64,000 nucleotides of DNA from Synergistales bacterium (lineage in GTDB: Bacteria > Synergistota > Synergistia > Synergistales > JAFGMB01). The position numbers and the translations under genes are program-made. Below the pieces are notes generated by a model that saw only the letters and a list, made by a program, of their open reading frames with translations, did not search any database and was not told where the DNA came from. The stretch lies in assembly GCA_963666205.1 (NCBI GenBank), contig OY762654.1:2884784-2948783 (forward strand). Reading direction: 5' to 3'. Below, in pieces: positions 55,168 to 63,856 of this stretch. How positions within the stretch are numbered: the first letter of the stretch is position 1; every line of letters begins with the position of its first letter.

Positions 55168-56019
55168 ATGGGAAATACAAAAAAAATGAAGATTGCAGTT
55201 CTAGGTGCTGGTATTATAGGATCTGCCATATGTAAGTGTCTCATATCCGAGGGATATGAAGTCACAGCTACCAGGAGAAAGCTGGAGAAGGGCCGATCGC
55301 TTGAGAAGATGGGCGTCAGGGTTATTTCTGATAACAGGCTTGCTGCTGAAGAGGCAGACCTTGTTTTGTTTACAGTAAAACCTTTTCAGGTAATACCATT
55401 AGCCCTTGAAGTATCTGAAGGAATAAGGGGTAAAATATGTATCTCAATGGCTGCAGCTCTGGAACTGTCTTTACTATGTAAGGTCCTGCCTGATGTGAAA
55501 TGGATCAGGGGGATGACAAATACATGTGCTATTGTGAAAAAAGCTTTTACTGTATACACGCCCTCCAAGAGTCTTTCCAATGATGACTTATCAATGGTTG
55601 ATGGTCTTCTGCAAACCATGGGGCTTGTTGAAATGGTTGAAGAAAGATTTATGGATCCGCTGACAGCTATGTCGGGATCTGGTCCTGCCTATATATACCT
55701 GGTTATTGAGGCTTTGACCTATGGAGGACTTCGTGTCGGCATTCCAAGGGATCTGGCTTGTAAAGCTGCAGCAAGTACTGCAATTGGTGCAGCAGAACTC
55801 CTTTTATCAGCCGATGTCCATCCGGCCGAACTAAGAGATCAGGTAGTAACCCCGGGAGGCACGACAATAGAAGGAATATACGAACTCGAAGACGCCCAGA
55901 TCAGGACAGCTTTTATGAGAGCTATCAGTGCTGCTACCGAGAGAGGGCATCAACTTGCCGAACAAGTTAGAAAACAGGCTTTACAGCAGATAAAGGATAG
56001 TGAGGAATCCAAAGAATGA
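55168..56019 (+). CDS. proC: Pyrroline-5-carboxylate reductase
   Basis: GAGIIG, VKP, SGSGPAY, VVTPGGTTI. Confidence 0.94.
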   Translation: MGNTKKMKIAVLGAGIIGSAICKCLISEGYEVTATRRKLEKGRSLEKMGVRVISDNRLAAEEADLVLFTVKPFQVIPLALEVSEGIRGKICISMAAALELSLLCKVLPDVKWIRGMTNTCAIVKKAFTVYTPSKSLSNDDLSMVDGLLQTMGLVEMVEERFMDPLTAMSGSGPAYIYLVIEALTYGGLRVGIPRDLACKAAASTAIGAAELLLSADVHPAELRDQVVTPGGTTIEGIYELEDAQIRTAFMRAISAATERGHQLAEQVRKQALQQIKDSEESKE

Positions 56020-56021
56020 TC

Positions 56022-56058
56022 AAAAGGAAGTGCCGTTATTCGGCACTTCCTTTTTTTT
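56022..56058 (+). terminator. Intrinsic terminator after proC
   Basis: AAAAGGAAGTGCCG-ttatt-CGGCACTTCC-T8. Confidence 0.9.
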
Positions 56059-56085
56059 CTTCTCTCCCAAAGTGCTTCAATTTTC

Positions 56086-56115
56086 TTGACAGAAAGATTC
56101 CTCTTGTTTTACAAT
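56086..56115 (+). promoter_or_regulatory. Candidate sigma70 promoter far upstream of the NSS transporter
   Basis: TTGACA-18 bp-TACAAT. Confidence 0.5.
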
Positions 56116-56933
56116 AATTTTCGTTTAAGCTGGTCTGCCCTACAATATTCACAAAAGTAGCAGCATATCCATTCTAAGCAGATTTTATCATTTCCATTTC
56201 CTCTTCACTGTTTGGACCAGCAAGTGAAATCAGAAAACCCATTCTTCTTTTCTTTTCATCTGTACAATTTTGCCTGTCTTTTCGAATATTAAGATTTTTT
56301 TGATCGTGTCCCTTTTCTGTTCAGGATTGTATCTAGTTTCTTCGGTTTGCTACTAATGTACATAAGTTTATAGTTAGCCGTGTTTCTAAAATATTCTTAT
56401 AAACAAGTTAACCAGTTGGACAGGCAAACCCCATATGTAATGACAGCCTGTGATATTTATTCAAAAAACAGAAAATTCTTTTCCTGGAAGTGAATCTCCT
56501 GTGTGTTTTAGTTGCAAGGGTGATGTGTTGAGTCTGCCGTGTAATCTCCTGAACACTCTGTCCTAAAGAAAGCAGCGCTCATCCCTTGATTTTCCTTGCA
56601 GGGATTATGATGAGAAATTATCGCTTTTACAGGATATAAACATGTTAAAAGGACAGAATATATGAGTATGTCATAGCAAAAGGAGATAGGGGTGCAGAAA
56701 ATATCTTGCCTTGTGAAGTGTCAATAAAGAGGCAACAGAGTTAATTCAGCGTTAAAAACAATGAAGAATATTAACATTCGTCCTTATTGTGGCCTTTTGC
56801 AATTTAACGCCTGGATAGGGTGGAGGTGATGGTGACCCAGAGATTAAACTGATCTTTCTGATGTTAGAGGTGGCTTCTATATGCAGTTTTAGGGGAATCT
56901 GTATAAAAAGAAGTAAAGGGGGCGTTATTATTT

Positions 56934-58409
56934 ATGAGTGGAAAGACTGCTAAGACGGAACAGTGGGGATCCCGAACTGGCCTTATTCTATCGGCAATAG
57001 GGATGGCGGTTGGTACTGGCAACATCTGGAGATTTCCCCGGGTTGCCGCAGCTAATGGAGGTGGCCCTTTCATAGTACTTTGTATTCTTGCATTGTTCCT
57101 CTGGGGTATTCCTATTATGATGGCCGAGGCTGTGCTGGGTAAGTCTACGAGGTTTGGAGTCATCGGTTCGTTCAAGAAATTCATTGGAGAGAAATATACG
57201 TGGATGGGCGGTATAGTAGCCTGGATATGTCTTTGTGTTACCTTTTATTATGCAGTAGTAGTGGGTTATTGCCTCCGCTATGCTGTCTACGCTTTTACCG
57301 GTGTTATAAAATCCGGTCTTGATACAGAACTTTTATGGACCACTTTCAGTAATAATCCAACTGATAAGATGGTCTTTCATGTTGTTGCCATGATCATTTG
57401 TACACTTGTCATCATGAAGGGTATTCAGACAGGTATTGAGAGGATAAACAAGATACTTATTCCTGCTCTTTTCATTTTACTTATAGTGTTAATGCTCCGT
57501 GCTATTACTCTTCCCGGCTCTTTGGCAGGTCTTGAGTACCTTTTCTCGCCAGCCAACATTAAACTGTTCGGAAGCGCCAAAGTCTGGCTCGAGGCTTTTA
57601 CCCAGATTGCCTGGTCCACCGGGGCAGGATGGGGCCTTATGCTTACTTACTTCGTTTATGTTAAGAACGAGGAAGATATATCTTTAAATGCTACTCTAGT
57701 CTGTTTTGCAGATACAAGCGCTGGTATGCTTGCCGCAATGGTTGTCATTCCTACGATCTTTGCTCTTTCACCCGATCCTGCTCCTATCCTTGCAGCCGGA
57801 AACAGTGGTATTACATTCATTCACCTTACAAGGCTTTTCACTACAATGCCAATGGGTCATCTTGCCGCAATTATGTTTTTCGTAGCCCTTTCTTTTGCCG
57901 CGCTTTCCTCACTCCTTTCAATGGTGGAACTCGGAGTGCGTTTGCTCCTTGATATGGGCTGGACACGTACCAAAGCGGCTCTTTTTGCAGGAGTGGCCAT
58001 TACAATTCTTGGTCTTCCTTCATCCTACAGCATGGCTTTCCAGGATAACCAGGACTGGGTATGGGGCGTTGGACTTCTTGCAAGCGGTGTCTTCATAACC
58101 ATCGCAATGATGAAATACGGGATCGGCAAAGTTTACGATGAACATATTGCCCCAACTTCAAACATAAATGCAAGATGGATATGGAACCTGCTTTACCTGA
58201 TTCCAGTTATCTTCGTTGTTCTGTTCAGCTGGTGGGTCTGGCAGGCAGCTACCTGGTATCCTGGCGAATGGATGAAATGGCTCCCGATTTCCAAGTATAC
58301 CTTTACTGTTGGGACAATGTTCTATCAGTGGATACCCTGTTTTGCTGTAATTATCCTGCTCAATAACTGGTTCAACAAAGTGATGAAATATCCTGCCGTG
58401 TTGGATTAA
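56934..58409 (+). CDS. Sodium-dependent amino-acid transporter, NSS/SNF family
   Basis: W.SR, AVGTGNIWRFP, NGGGPF, TFYYAVV, GIERINK, AALSS. Confidence 0.94.
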   Translation: MSGKTAKTEQWGSRTGLILSAIGMAVGTGNIWRFPRVAAANGGGPFIVLCILALFLWGIPIMMAEAVLGKSTRFGVIGSFKKFIGEKYTWMGGIVAWICLCVTFYYAVVVGYCLRYAVYAFTGVIKSGLDTELLWTTFSNNPTDKMVFHVVAMIICTLVIMKGIQTGIERINKILIPALFILLIVLMLRAITLPGSLAGLEYLFSPANIKLFGSAKVWLEAFTQIAWSTGAGWGLMLTYFVYVKNEEDISLNATLVCFADTSAGMLAAMVVIPTIFALSPDPAPILAAGNSGITFIHLTRLFTTMPMGHLAAIMFFVALSFAALSSLLSMVELGVRLLLDMGWTRTKAALFAGVAITILGLPSSYSMAFQDNQDWVWGVGLLASGVFITIAMMKYGIGKVYDEHIAPTSNINARWIWNLLYLIPVIFVVLFSWWVWQAATWYPGEWMKWLPISKYTFTVGTMFYQWIPCFAVIILLNNWFNKVMKYPAVLD

Positions 58410-58449
58410 CACTAATAAGTGTATCTAACACTGAAGAGGAGGAATGATT

Positions 58450-58545
58450 ATGTGGGTATTGTGGATGCTTGTTGTTCTAGGACTGGTCTGGGGCGGAACC
58501 GTTTGGTGTGTTAAGAAAACCATGGATGCAGAAGCTCAGAAATAG
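58450..58545 (+). CDS. MetS-type NSS transporter small subunit (31 aa)
   Basis: GAGGAGG RBS; MWVLWMLVVLGLVWGGTVWCVKKTMDAEAQK, one hydrophobic helix with VWGG, between transporter and terminator. Confidence 0.85.
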   Translation: MWVLWMLVVLGLVWGGTVWCVKKTMDAEAQK

Positions 58546-58567
58546 TATTAAATATATATTAATTAAT

Positions 58568-58599
58568 TCAAAGGGAGCGAGTTTTCTCGCTCCCTTTGA
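58568..58599 (+). terminator. Terminator after the transporter operon
   Basis: TCAAAGGGAGCGAG-tttt-CTCGCTCCCTTTGA 14-bp perfect stem. Confidence 0.8.
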
Positions 58600-58948
58600 C
58601 AAGGTATTCATACTCTTAATATATAATTAATAGGAAGAAATGTTCTATCCGTAATTAAATTGCTCTTTAATAAATTCTGTTCAGGAGAGGCGAATTACTC
58701 CGGAAGAAAGGAGATTTGCCAGCAGTTCCTTTACAACAAAAAATATCACCTGGAAAGTTTAGAACCTGTAAGCAATCCCTTGTCTGCTTATTGATTCTAT
58801 ACGGGAAGATAAGATATTCCGTATCAAAATCTCCGAAACAGAGTATTCTTTTCATTATCTGCTCAATCTGATAATGATAATTCCGTGCAAGTTTTGCGTA
58901 CAGAGTGAACGAGCGTGCTACGAACCGGTATTAGCTGTTTAATTAAAA

Positions 58949-58966
58949 ATGTGATTAATTTCACAT
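58949..58966. promoter_or_regulatory. Rex- or CRP/FNR-type operator upstream of proline racemase
   Basis: ATGTGA-TTAATT-TCACAT (TGTGA-N6-TCACA). Confidence 0.65.
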
Positions 58967-59020
58967 ATAGCGGTTCTTAATATTGCCTAATTAATGGACT
59001 ATCTATAAGGAGGGTCTGTG

Positions 59021-60028
59021 ATGGAGATAGAACGAGCTGTCGCTGTTATAGATACCCATACGGGTGGAGAACCTACCAGGATAATCATTGGTGGTGGTCC
59101 TTTTCTGAACGGTGAAACAGTAGCTGATAAATGGCTTGAATTCAAGGAGAAACACAATGATTTCAGAACCTTCGTTATGAGAGAGCCCAGGGGGCATAAC
59201 GATATGTTCGGTGCTCTTATTACGCCTCCAGAAAAGAGAGGTTCTCATTTTGGTGTTCTTTTTATGGATGCTGGTGGCAGTATTTCCATGTGTGGGCATG
59301 GTTCTATAGGGATGGCAAGGACTCTTGTTGAACTTGGAATGATCCACAAAACAGAGCCGACCACAACAGTTTTCCTTGATTCTCCGGCTGGACTCGTTCA
59401 ATTAGACGTAGAAGTTTCTCAAGGCCTGGTAGGGGACGTGACTATGAAGAATGTACCTGCTTTCCTGTATGAAGAGAATGTGGAAGTGGAAGTTCCTTCA
59501 TTGGGACGCAAGATCAAGATCGATATTGCGTTTGGAGGAAATTTCTTTGCCATTGTGCCAGCAGGGCAACTTGGAATGGACCTTATCGCACAGGAAACTC
59601 CGAAGTTGATCCCTCTGGGACTTGAGATAAGAGATGTGGTGAATCGAAAACTTAAAATCCAACATCCTGTCGAAACACATATTGATAAGGTAGAACTGAC
59701 AGAATTCAGTCTAGAGAGAGAAGGACTTCCGACAAAAAACCTGGTGGTATTTGGAGATGGAGCAGTGGACAGGTCTCCTTGCGGGACTGGAACCTGTGCC
59801 AAGATGGCTACCCTGGTTGCCAAAGGAAAACTCAAATACGGAGAAGAATTTATCCATGAAGGTGTTACCGGCAGTCATTTCAGGGGGACCACTGAGGCCG
59901 GTCCTGAAGTTGGGGTTTTTGGCACGGTCATACCTTATATCAGGAGTCGTTCGAACGTAACGGGGTTCAACTTTCTATTGAAACAGAAAGGTGATGACGT
60001 GGGAGACGGCTTTTTCCTGCCTCGCTAA
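59021..60028 (+). CDS. prdF: Proline racemase
   Basis: HTGGEPTR, EPRGHNDMFGA, MCGH and DRSPCGTGT Cys/Cys dyad; both specificity Phe residues of true racemases (DMFG, VVFG) retained. Confidence 0.88.
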   Translation: MEIERAVAVIDTHTGGEPTRIIIGGGPFLNGETVADKWLEFKEKHNDFRTFVMREPRGHNDMFGALITPPEKRGSHFGVLFMDAGGSISMCGHGSIGMARTLVELGMIHKTEPTTTVFLDSPAGLVQLDVEVSQGLVGDVTMKNVPAFLYEENVEVEVPSLGRKIKIDIAFGGNFFAIVPAGQLGMDLIAQETPKLIPLGLEIRDVVNRKLKIQHPVETHIDKVELTEFSLEREGLPTKNLVVFGDGAVDRSPCGTGTCAKMATLVAKGKLKYGEEFIHEGVTGSHFRGTTEAGPEVGVFGTVIPYIRSRSNVTGFNFLLKQKGDDVGDGFFLPR

Positions 60029-60185
60029 ACGTGCTTGACAAAAGGTAGTTTCTATAATATCTCGACCAAGGGATTGGGGGAATAGAAAAGATCTTATGAA
60101 AACAACATATTCCTAGGTAAGTTGTAGTGATCAAGGGGGAGTCGCTCAATTATGTCTGTTTTTTTCGGTGAAAGGAGTGAGTTAT

Positions 60186-60518
60186 TTGGGCTGGATCAAA
60201 GAACATCCTGTACTGGAGTTCAGTCACAAAAAGAAAGTCAAGTTTGTTTTTGATGGCAAAGATCTGGAAGGTTATGAGGGAGAACCTATTGCTGCCGCCC
60301 TTCATGCCAATGGTGTAACAACTTATCGCAAAACAAAGAGAATGGATAGAGACAGGGGATTCTTTTGTGCTATTGGAAAATGTTCCTCCTGCTTTATGGT
60401 TGTAGATGGAGTGCCCAATGTCCGTACATGTGTGACAGCCCTGAAAGAAGGCATGAACGTTGAAACCCAGCACGGAGATGGACAGGTAGCATTGCTGGAT
60501 GAAAGGAAAAGAAGGTGA
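60186..60518 (+). CDS. [2Fe-2S] subunit (N-terminal module of proline dehydrogenase/sarcosine oxidase alpha, HcnA-like)
   Basis: GEPIAAAL, RGFFCAIGKCSSC..VDGVPNVRTC; TTG start behind AGGAG. Confidence 0.88.
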   Translation: MGWIKEHPVLEFSHKKKVKFVFDGKDLEGYEGEPIAAALHANGVTTYRKTKRMDRDRGFFCAIGKCSSCFMVVDGVPNVRTCVTALKEGMNVETQHGDGQVALLDERKRR

Positions 60519-61627
60519 GTACCTTGCGTGAAACTGAACTTCTTGTCGTTGGTGGAGGTCCCGCTGGACTTTCTGCAGCAGTAGAAGCAGCTTCTCATGG
60601 TTGTGAAGTCATGGTCGTAGATAGTGACCTCGCATTAGGAGGGCAGTTGATCAAACAGACCCACAAGTTCTTTGGTTCAGAATCTGAAAGAGCTGGTACC
60701 CGGGGTTTCAAGATAGCTGAAATACTTTTGGATGAGCTTGACCAATTTAAAGGGAAGGTGGAAGTTCTCACAAACACTACAGCCGAAAGTTATTACAGAG
60801 GTGATGGTGTGGTTGGCTGTATGACCAATGAGGAGAATTACTGGTTGGTTAAGCCCAAAAAGATTGTGAATGCTACTGGTGCTTCAGAAAAGATCCTTCC
60901 TTTCCCTAATAATGATCTTCCAGGTGTCTATGGTGCAGGAGCGATCCAGACCCTTATGAATGTCTACGGGGTAGTGCCAGGTAAAAAAGTTCTTATGGTA
61001 GGAGCAGGTAATATCGGTCTTGTTGTTAGCTACCAGTTGCTTCAGGCAGGAGTTGATGTTGTTGGCATAGTGGAATTCTTACCAAACATCAGCGGTTATT
61101 GGGTACATGCAGCGAAGGTCAGACGTCTTGGAGTTCCTGTTCTCTTGAAGCATACCATAACAAGGGCAATTGGGGAAAACAAGGTTGAAGGAGCATATAT
61201 CCAGGCTGTAGACGACAATAATCAGTTAATGGGGGAACCCCAGAAGATAGATTGTGACATCATTTGTATGTCAGTGGGACTGTCTCCAACTGTAGACCTT
61301 TTATGGCAGGCTGGCTGCAAGATGATGTATGTCCCAGAACTTTGTGGCTATGTTGCACGAAGAGACAATCAGATGCGTACCAGTAATGCTGATATCTGGG
61401 CAGCTGGAGATGCACATGGTATAGAGGAAGCTTCTGCCGCTATGGTAGAAGGACGAATAGCTGGCCTTGGCGCGGCTCATTCACTTGACCATGTTGACAG
61501 AGTACAGTTTGGGGAAAGGCTTGGGATGTTCTGGCAGAGACTGGATAACCTGAGAGCTGGAGCAACAGGTGAAAAAATCCGTTGCGGCGTGGGTAAATGT
61601 ACCTGCCAGGCCTGGGAGGTGGATTAA
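60515..61627 (+). CDS. FAD/NAD(P)-dependent oxidoreductase (PdhA/HcnB-like)
   Basis: VVGGGPAGLSAA, GGQLIKQTHKFFG, ATGA.E, NNDLPGV, VGAGNIGL, AAGD. Confidence 0.9.
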   Translation: MSTLRETELLVVGGGPAGLSAAVEAASHGCEVMVVDSDLALGGQLIKQTHKFFGSESERAGTRGFKIAEILLDELDQFKGKVEVLTNTTAESYYRGDGVVGCMTNEENYWLVKPKKIVNATGASEKILPFPNNDLPGVYGAGAIQTLMNVYGVVPGKKVLMVGAGNIGLVVSYQLLQAGVDVVGIVEFLPNISGYWVHAAKVRRLGVPVLLKHTITRAIGENKVEGAYIQAVDDNNQLMGEPQKIDCDIICMSVGLSPTVDLLWQAGCKMMYVPELCGYVARRDNQMRTSNADIWAAGDAHGIEEASAAMVEGRIAGLGAAHSLDHVDRVQFGERLGMFWQRLDNLRAGATGEKIRCGVGKCTCQAWEVD

Positions 61628-61628
61628 C

Positions 61629-62138
61629 ATGACTAAAGATGAAAAACTATTCAACAGTGGAGTTCTGACCAAAAGTCGGCCAGGAGCAGAGTTACCTCCC
61701 ACAGAACTCTGGAAAAAGAAGAAAAATGGACTGGTTATTATAGAGTGTCCCCAGCAAATACCGTGCAATCCCTGTTACTCAAGTTGTCCTACAGGAGCAG
61801 TTCTTCCCTTCAATAAGATCATTGATGTTCCACGTATCGACTACACAAAGTGTATAGGCTGTTCGCTGTGTGTTGCTACTTGCCCCGGACTTGCCTGTTT
61901 CGTAGTGGATCTTACCTACGGTTCTGAAGAAGAAGCGTTGATGAAACTGCCCTACGAAATGCTGCCAAGACCGGAAAAGGGTGAACAGGTGCACTGTCTG
62001 AACAGGGTCGGCGAGATTGTTGCACAAGGAAAAGTAGTTGAGGTCAATGAACCAAGAAAGGATAGTACCCTGGTGGTTCACGTAGTAGTGCCTAATGATC
62101 TGGTTAATGAAATCAGAGCTGTCAGGGTGGTGAAATAA
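61629..62138 (+). CDS. Ferredoxin subunit with two [4Fe-4S]-type motifs (PdhF/gamma-like)
   Basis: ECPQQIPCNPCYSSCP and CIGCSLCVATCPGLA; LPYE.LPRP. Confidence 0.88.
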   Translation: MTKDEKLFNSGVLTKSRPGAELPPTELWKKKKNGLVIIECPQQIPCNPCYSSCPTGAVLPFNKIIDVPRIDYTKCIGCSLCVATCPGLACFVVDLTYGSEEEALMKLPYEMLPRPEKGEQVHCLNRVGEIVAQGKVVEVNEPRKDSTLVVHVVVPNDLVNEIRAVRVVK

Positions 62139-62140
62139 CT

Positions 62141-62476
62141 ATGGCTGGAATATGCTCGGAAAAAAGAAAACTTGATGAAGGTGATATTGTTATCTGTCGC
62201 TGTAAAGAGGTAACCCTTAAAGAAATCAGGGAATGGATAGCAAGGGGCTATGATACTTATGATGAGTTAAAACGGCTTACCGGAGTAGGAATGGGGCCCT
62301 GCCAGGGTAGAGGTTGCAGAGATATCGTTATGAAAGAGATTGCCAGGATGACTGGTAAGACCCTGGAAGAGATCGGAACTGGTACTTACAGACCACCTGT
62401 GAAACCAGTTAAACTTGGAACCCTTACAGAAGCGAACAAGGATGATCCCTGGAAAGGAAAGGTGGTGAGTCACTAA
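62141..62476 (+). CDS. BFD-like [2Fe-2S] subunit (PdhX/delta-like)
   Basis: ICRCKEVT, LKRLTGVGMGPCQGRGC, RPPVKPV. Confidence 0.88.
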   Translation: MAGICSEKRKLDEGDIVICRCKEVTLKEIREWIARGYDTYDELKRLTGVGMGPCQGRGCRDIVMKEIARMTGKTLEEIGTGTYRPPVKPVKLGTLTEANKDDPWKGKVVSH

Positions 62477-63624
62477 TGGCCTGGAAAACTGCAGATATTG
62501 TTGTAATTGGTGGAGGAGTACAGGGCTGTTCTTCGGCGTACCATCTTGCCAAGCTGGGTGTAAAAAACATAATAGTGGTAGAAAAGGGTAGCATATGTTC
62601 AGGTTCCAGCGGGAGGTGTGGAGCAGGTATAAGGGCCCAGTGGGGCACCGAGATGAACTGCCGTTTTGGAAAAGCCTGTCTTGAACGCTTCGAAAACCTT
62701 GAAGAAGAATTGGGAATGAACGTAGGTCTCGATCAGAGTGGATATCTAATGGTGGCATACAAGGATAGCGAATTTGACCAACTCAAGGAAAACATCAAGC
62801 TTCAAAACAGCCTTGGCATTGATTCTCGCGTTGTTTCGAAGGATGAAGCATACGAGATATGTCCGGGTCTATCCGCCGATGATGCTTTGGGTTTTACATT
62901 CTACCAAAGAGATGGTCATGCTGATCCTTTTTTCACAACTTTTGCCTTTATGGAAAGTGCTAAAAGGCTCGGAGTCGAGTTTCTCAAATTTACAGAAGTT
63001 ATAGATATCAAGGTCGAAAATGGTGCCGTTAAAACTGTAGTGACAGACAAAGGAGAAATAGACACACCAGTGGTGCTTAATGCTGCAGGCGGTTTCTTTC
63101 ATGACATAGCTGAAATGATAGACCTTGAATTACCTGTCCATTCCGAGAACCACGATATTCTTGTAACCGAACCAGTAGAACTTGGTGTTTGTCCTCCAAT
63201 GCTGATGAGCTTCAGTGGTAACTATTACTTGCAGCAGAGGCCCGATGGAACCATTGTCGGGGGTTGCAGTCCAGTAGGACATCCTATCGAATATGATCTG
63301 AGGAGCAATTTTTCTTTCCTTGAACATATGGCCAGTGTGTTTACCAAGCTTCTTCCAAGAACCAGGGATATAAGGGTGGTAAGGCAATGGGCCGGTCTGT
63401 ATAACATGAGTCTTGACTGCCAGCCAATAATGGGTGAAGCTGAGCATGTCAAGGGTTTCTACATGACCGGAGCTTTCTCTGGCCATGGTTTCATGTTTGC
63501 TCCTGTTACGGGTGAACTGGTAGCTCAACTAATAGTGAGAGGTAACACCGATATGCCAATAGATATGCTTCACTATCGTCGCTTTGCTGAAGGGAAACTC
63601 ATTATAGAACCTGCGGTGGTTTAG
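62476..63624 (+). CDS. FAD-dependent amino-acid dehydrogenase, DAO family (PdhB/sarcosine oxidase beta-like)
   Basis: VIGGGVQG, SGSSGRCGAGIRAQW, RQWAGLY, FSGHGFM, EPAVV. Confidence 0.9.
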   Translation: MAWKTADIVVIGGGVQGCSSAYHLAKLGVKNIIVVEKGSICSGSSGRCGAGIRAQWGTEMNCRFGKACLERFENLEEELGMNVGLDQSGYLMVAYKDSEFDQLKENIKLQNSLGIDSRVVSKDEAYEICPGLSADDALGFTFYQRDGHADPFFTTFAFMESAKRLGVEFLKFTEVIDIKVENGAVKTVVTDKGEIDTPVVLNAAGGFFHDIAEMIDLELPVHSENHDILVTEPVELGVCPPMLMSFSGNYYLQQRPDGTIVGGCSPVGHPIEYDLRSNFSFLEHMASVFTKLLPRTRDIRVVRQWAGLYNMSLDCQPIMGEAEHVKGFYMTGAFSGHGFMFAPVTGELVAQLIVRGNTDMPIDMLHYRRFAEGKLIIEPAVV

Positions 63625-63805
63625 GAGATCGTTAATTTTACCTGATTCTGTTTTTCTTCTCCAGGTTTCGAAAAGTTTTCTTTTGTGCAAATGTTCAAAA
63701 GAAAGGTTTTTACAGGGAAGGTCTGCCTGTCTTGTTCAAAATGTTCCAGGAGCATATGATTTTTTGTATTTCCTGACCTTCTCTGTTATCTTACTTTGAG
63801 TTAGT

Positions 63806-63856
63806 CCTCATAAAAGAAGATCTTTTCATGGGGGTTTGAGGTCTTCTTTTATGAGG
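63806..63856. repeat. 15-bp inverted repeat
   Basis: CCTCATAAAAGAAGA-21 nt-TCTTCTTTTATGAGG. Confidence 0.7.

Noticed and set aside
56420-56451. GGCAAACC resembling a c-di-GMP-I riboswitch
   Set aside because: No GNRA loop, GGGACGCAAAGC or second stem
56815-56830. ATAGGGTGG resembling a T-box antiterminator
   Set aside because: Followed by AGGTG rather than NACC; no convincing stem I or downstream terminator
58683-58730. GGAGAG...GAAG reminiscent of a glycine riboswitch
   Set aside because: Lacks CCGAAG and CTCTCAGG core elements
58667-58855. Short intergenic ORFs (also 20777..21013, 32789..32971, 45425..45625)
   Set aside because: No clear RBS or motifs; one crosses a terminator and others overlap real genes
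59021-60028. 4-hydroxyproline 2-epimerase assignment
   Set aside because: Retains the Phe residues typical of proline racemases; not fully excluded without an assay
60035-60060. TTGACA and TATAAT before the dehydrogenase operon
   Set aside because: Only 12 bp apart; an internal promoter is plausible but its elements cannot be assigned confidently
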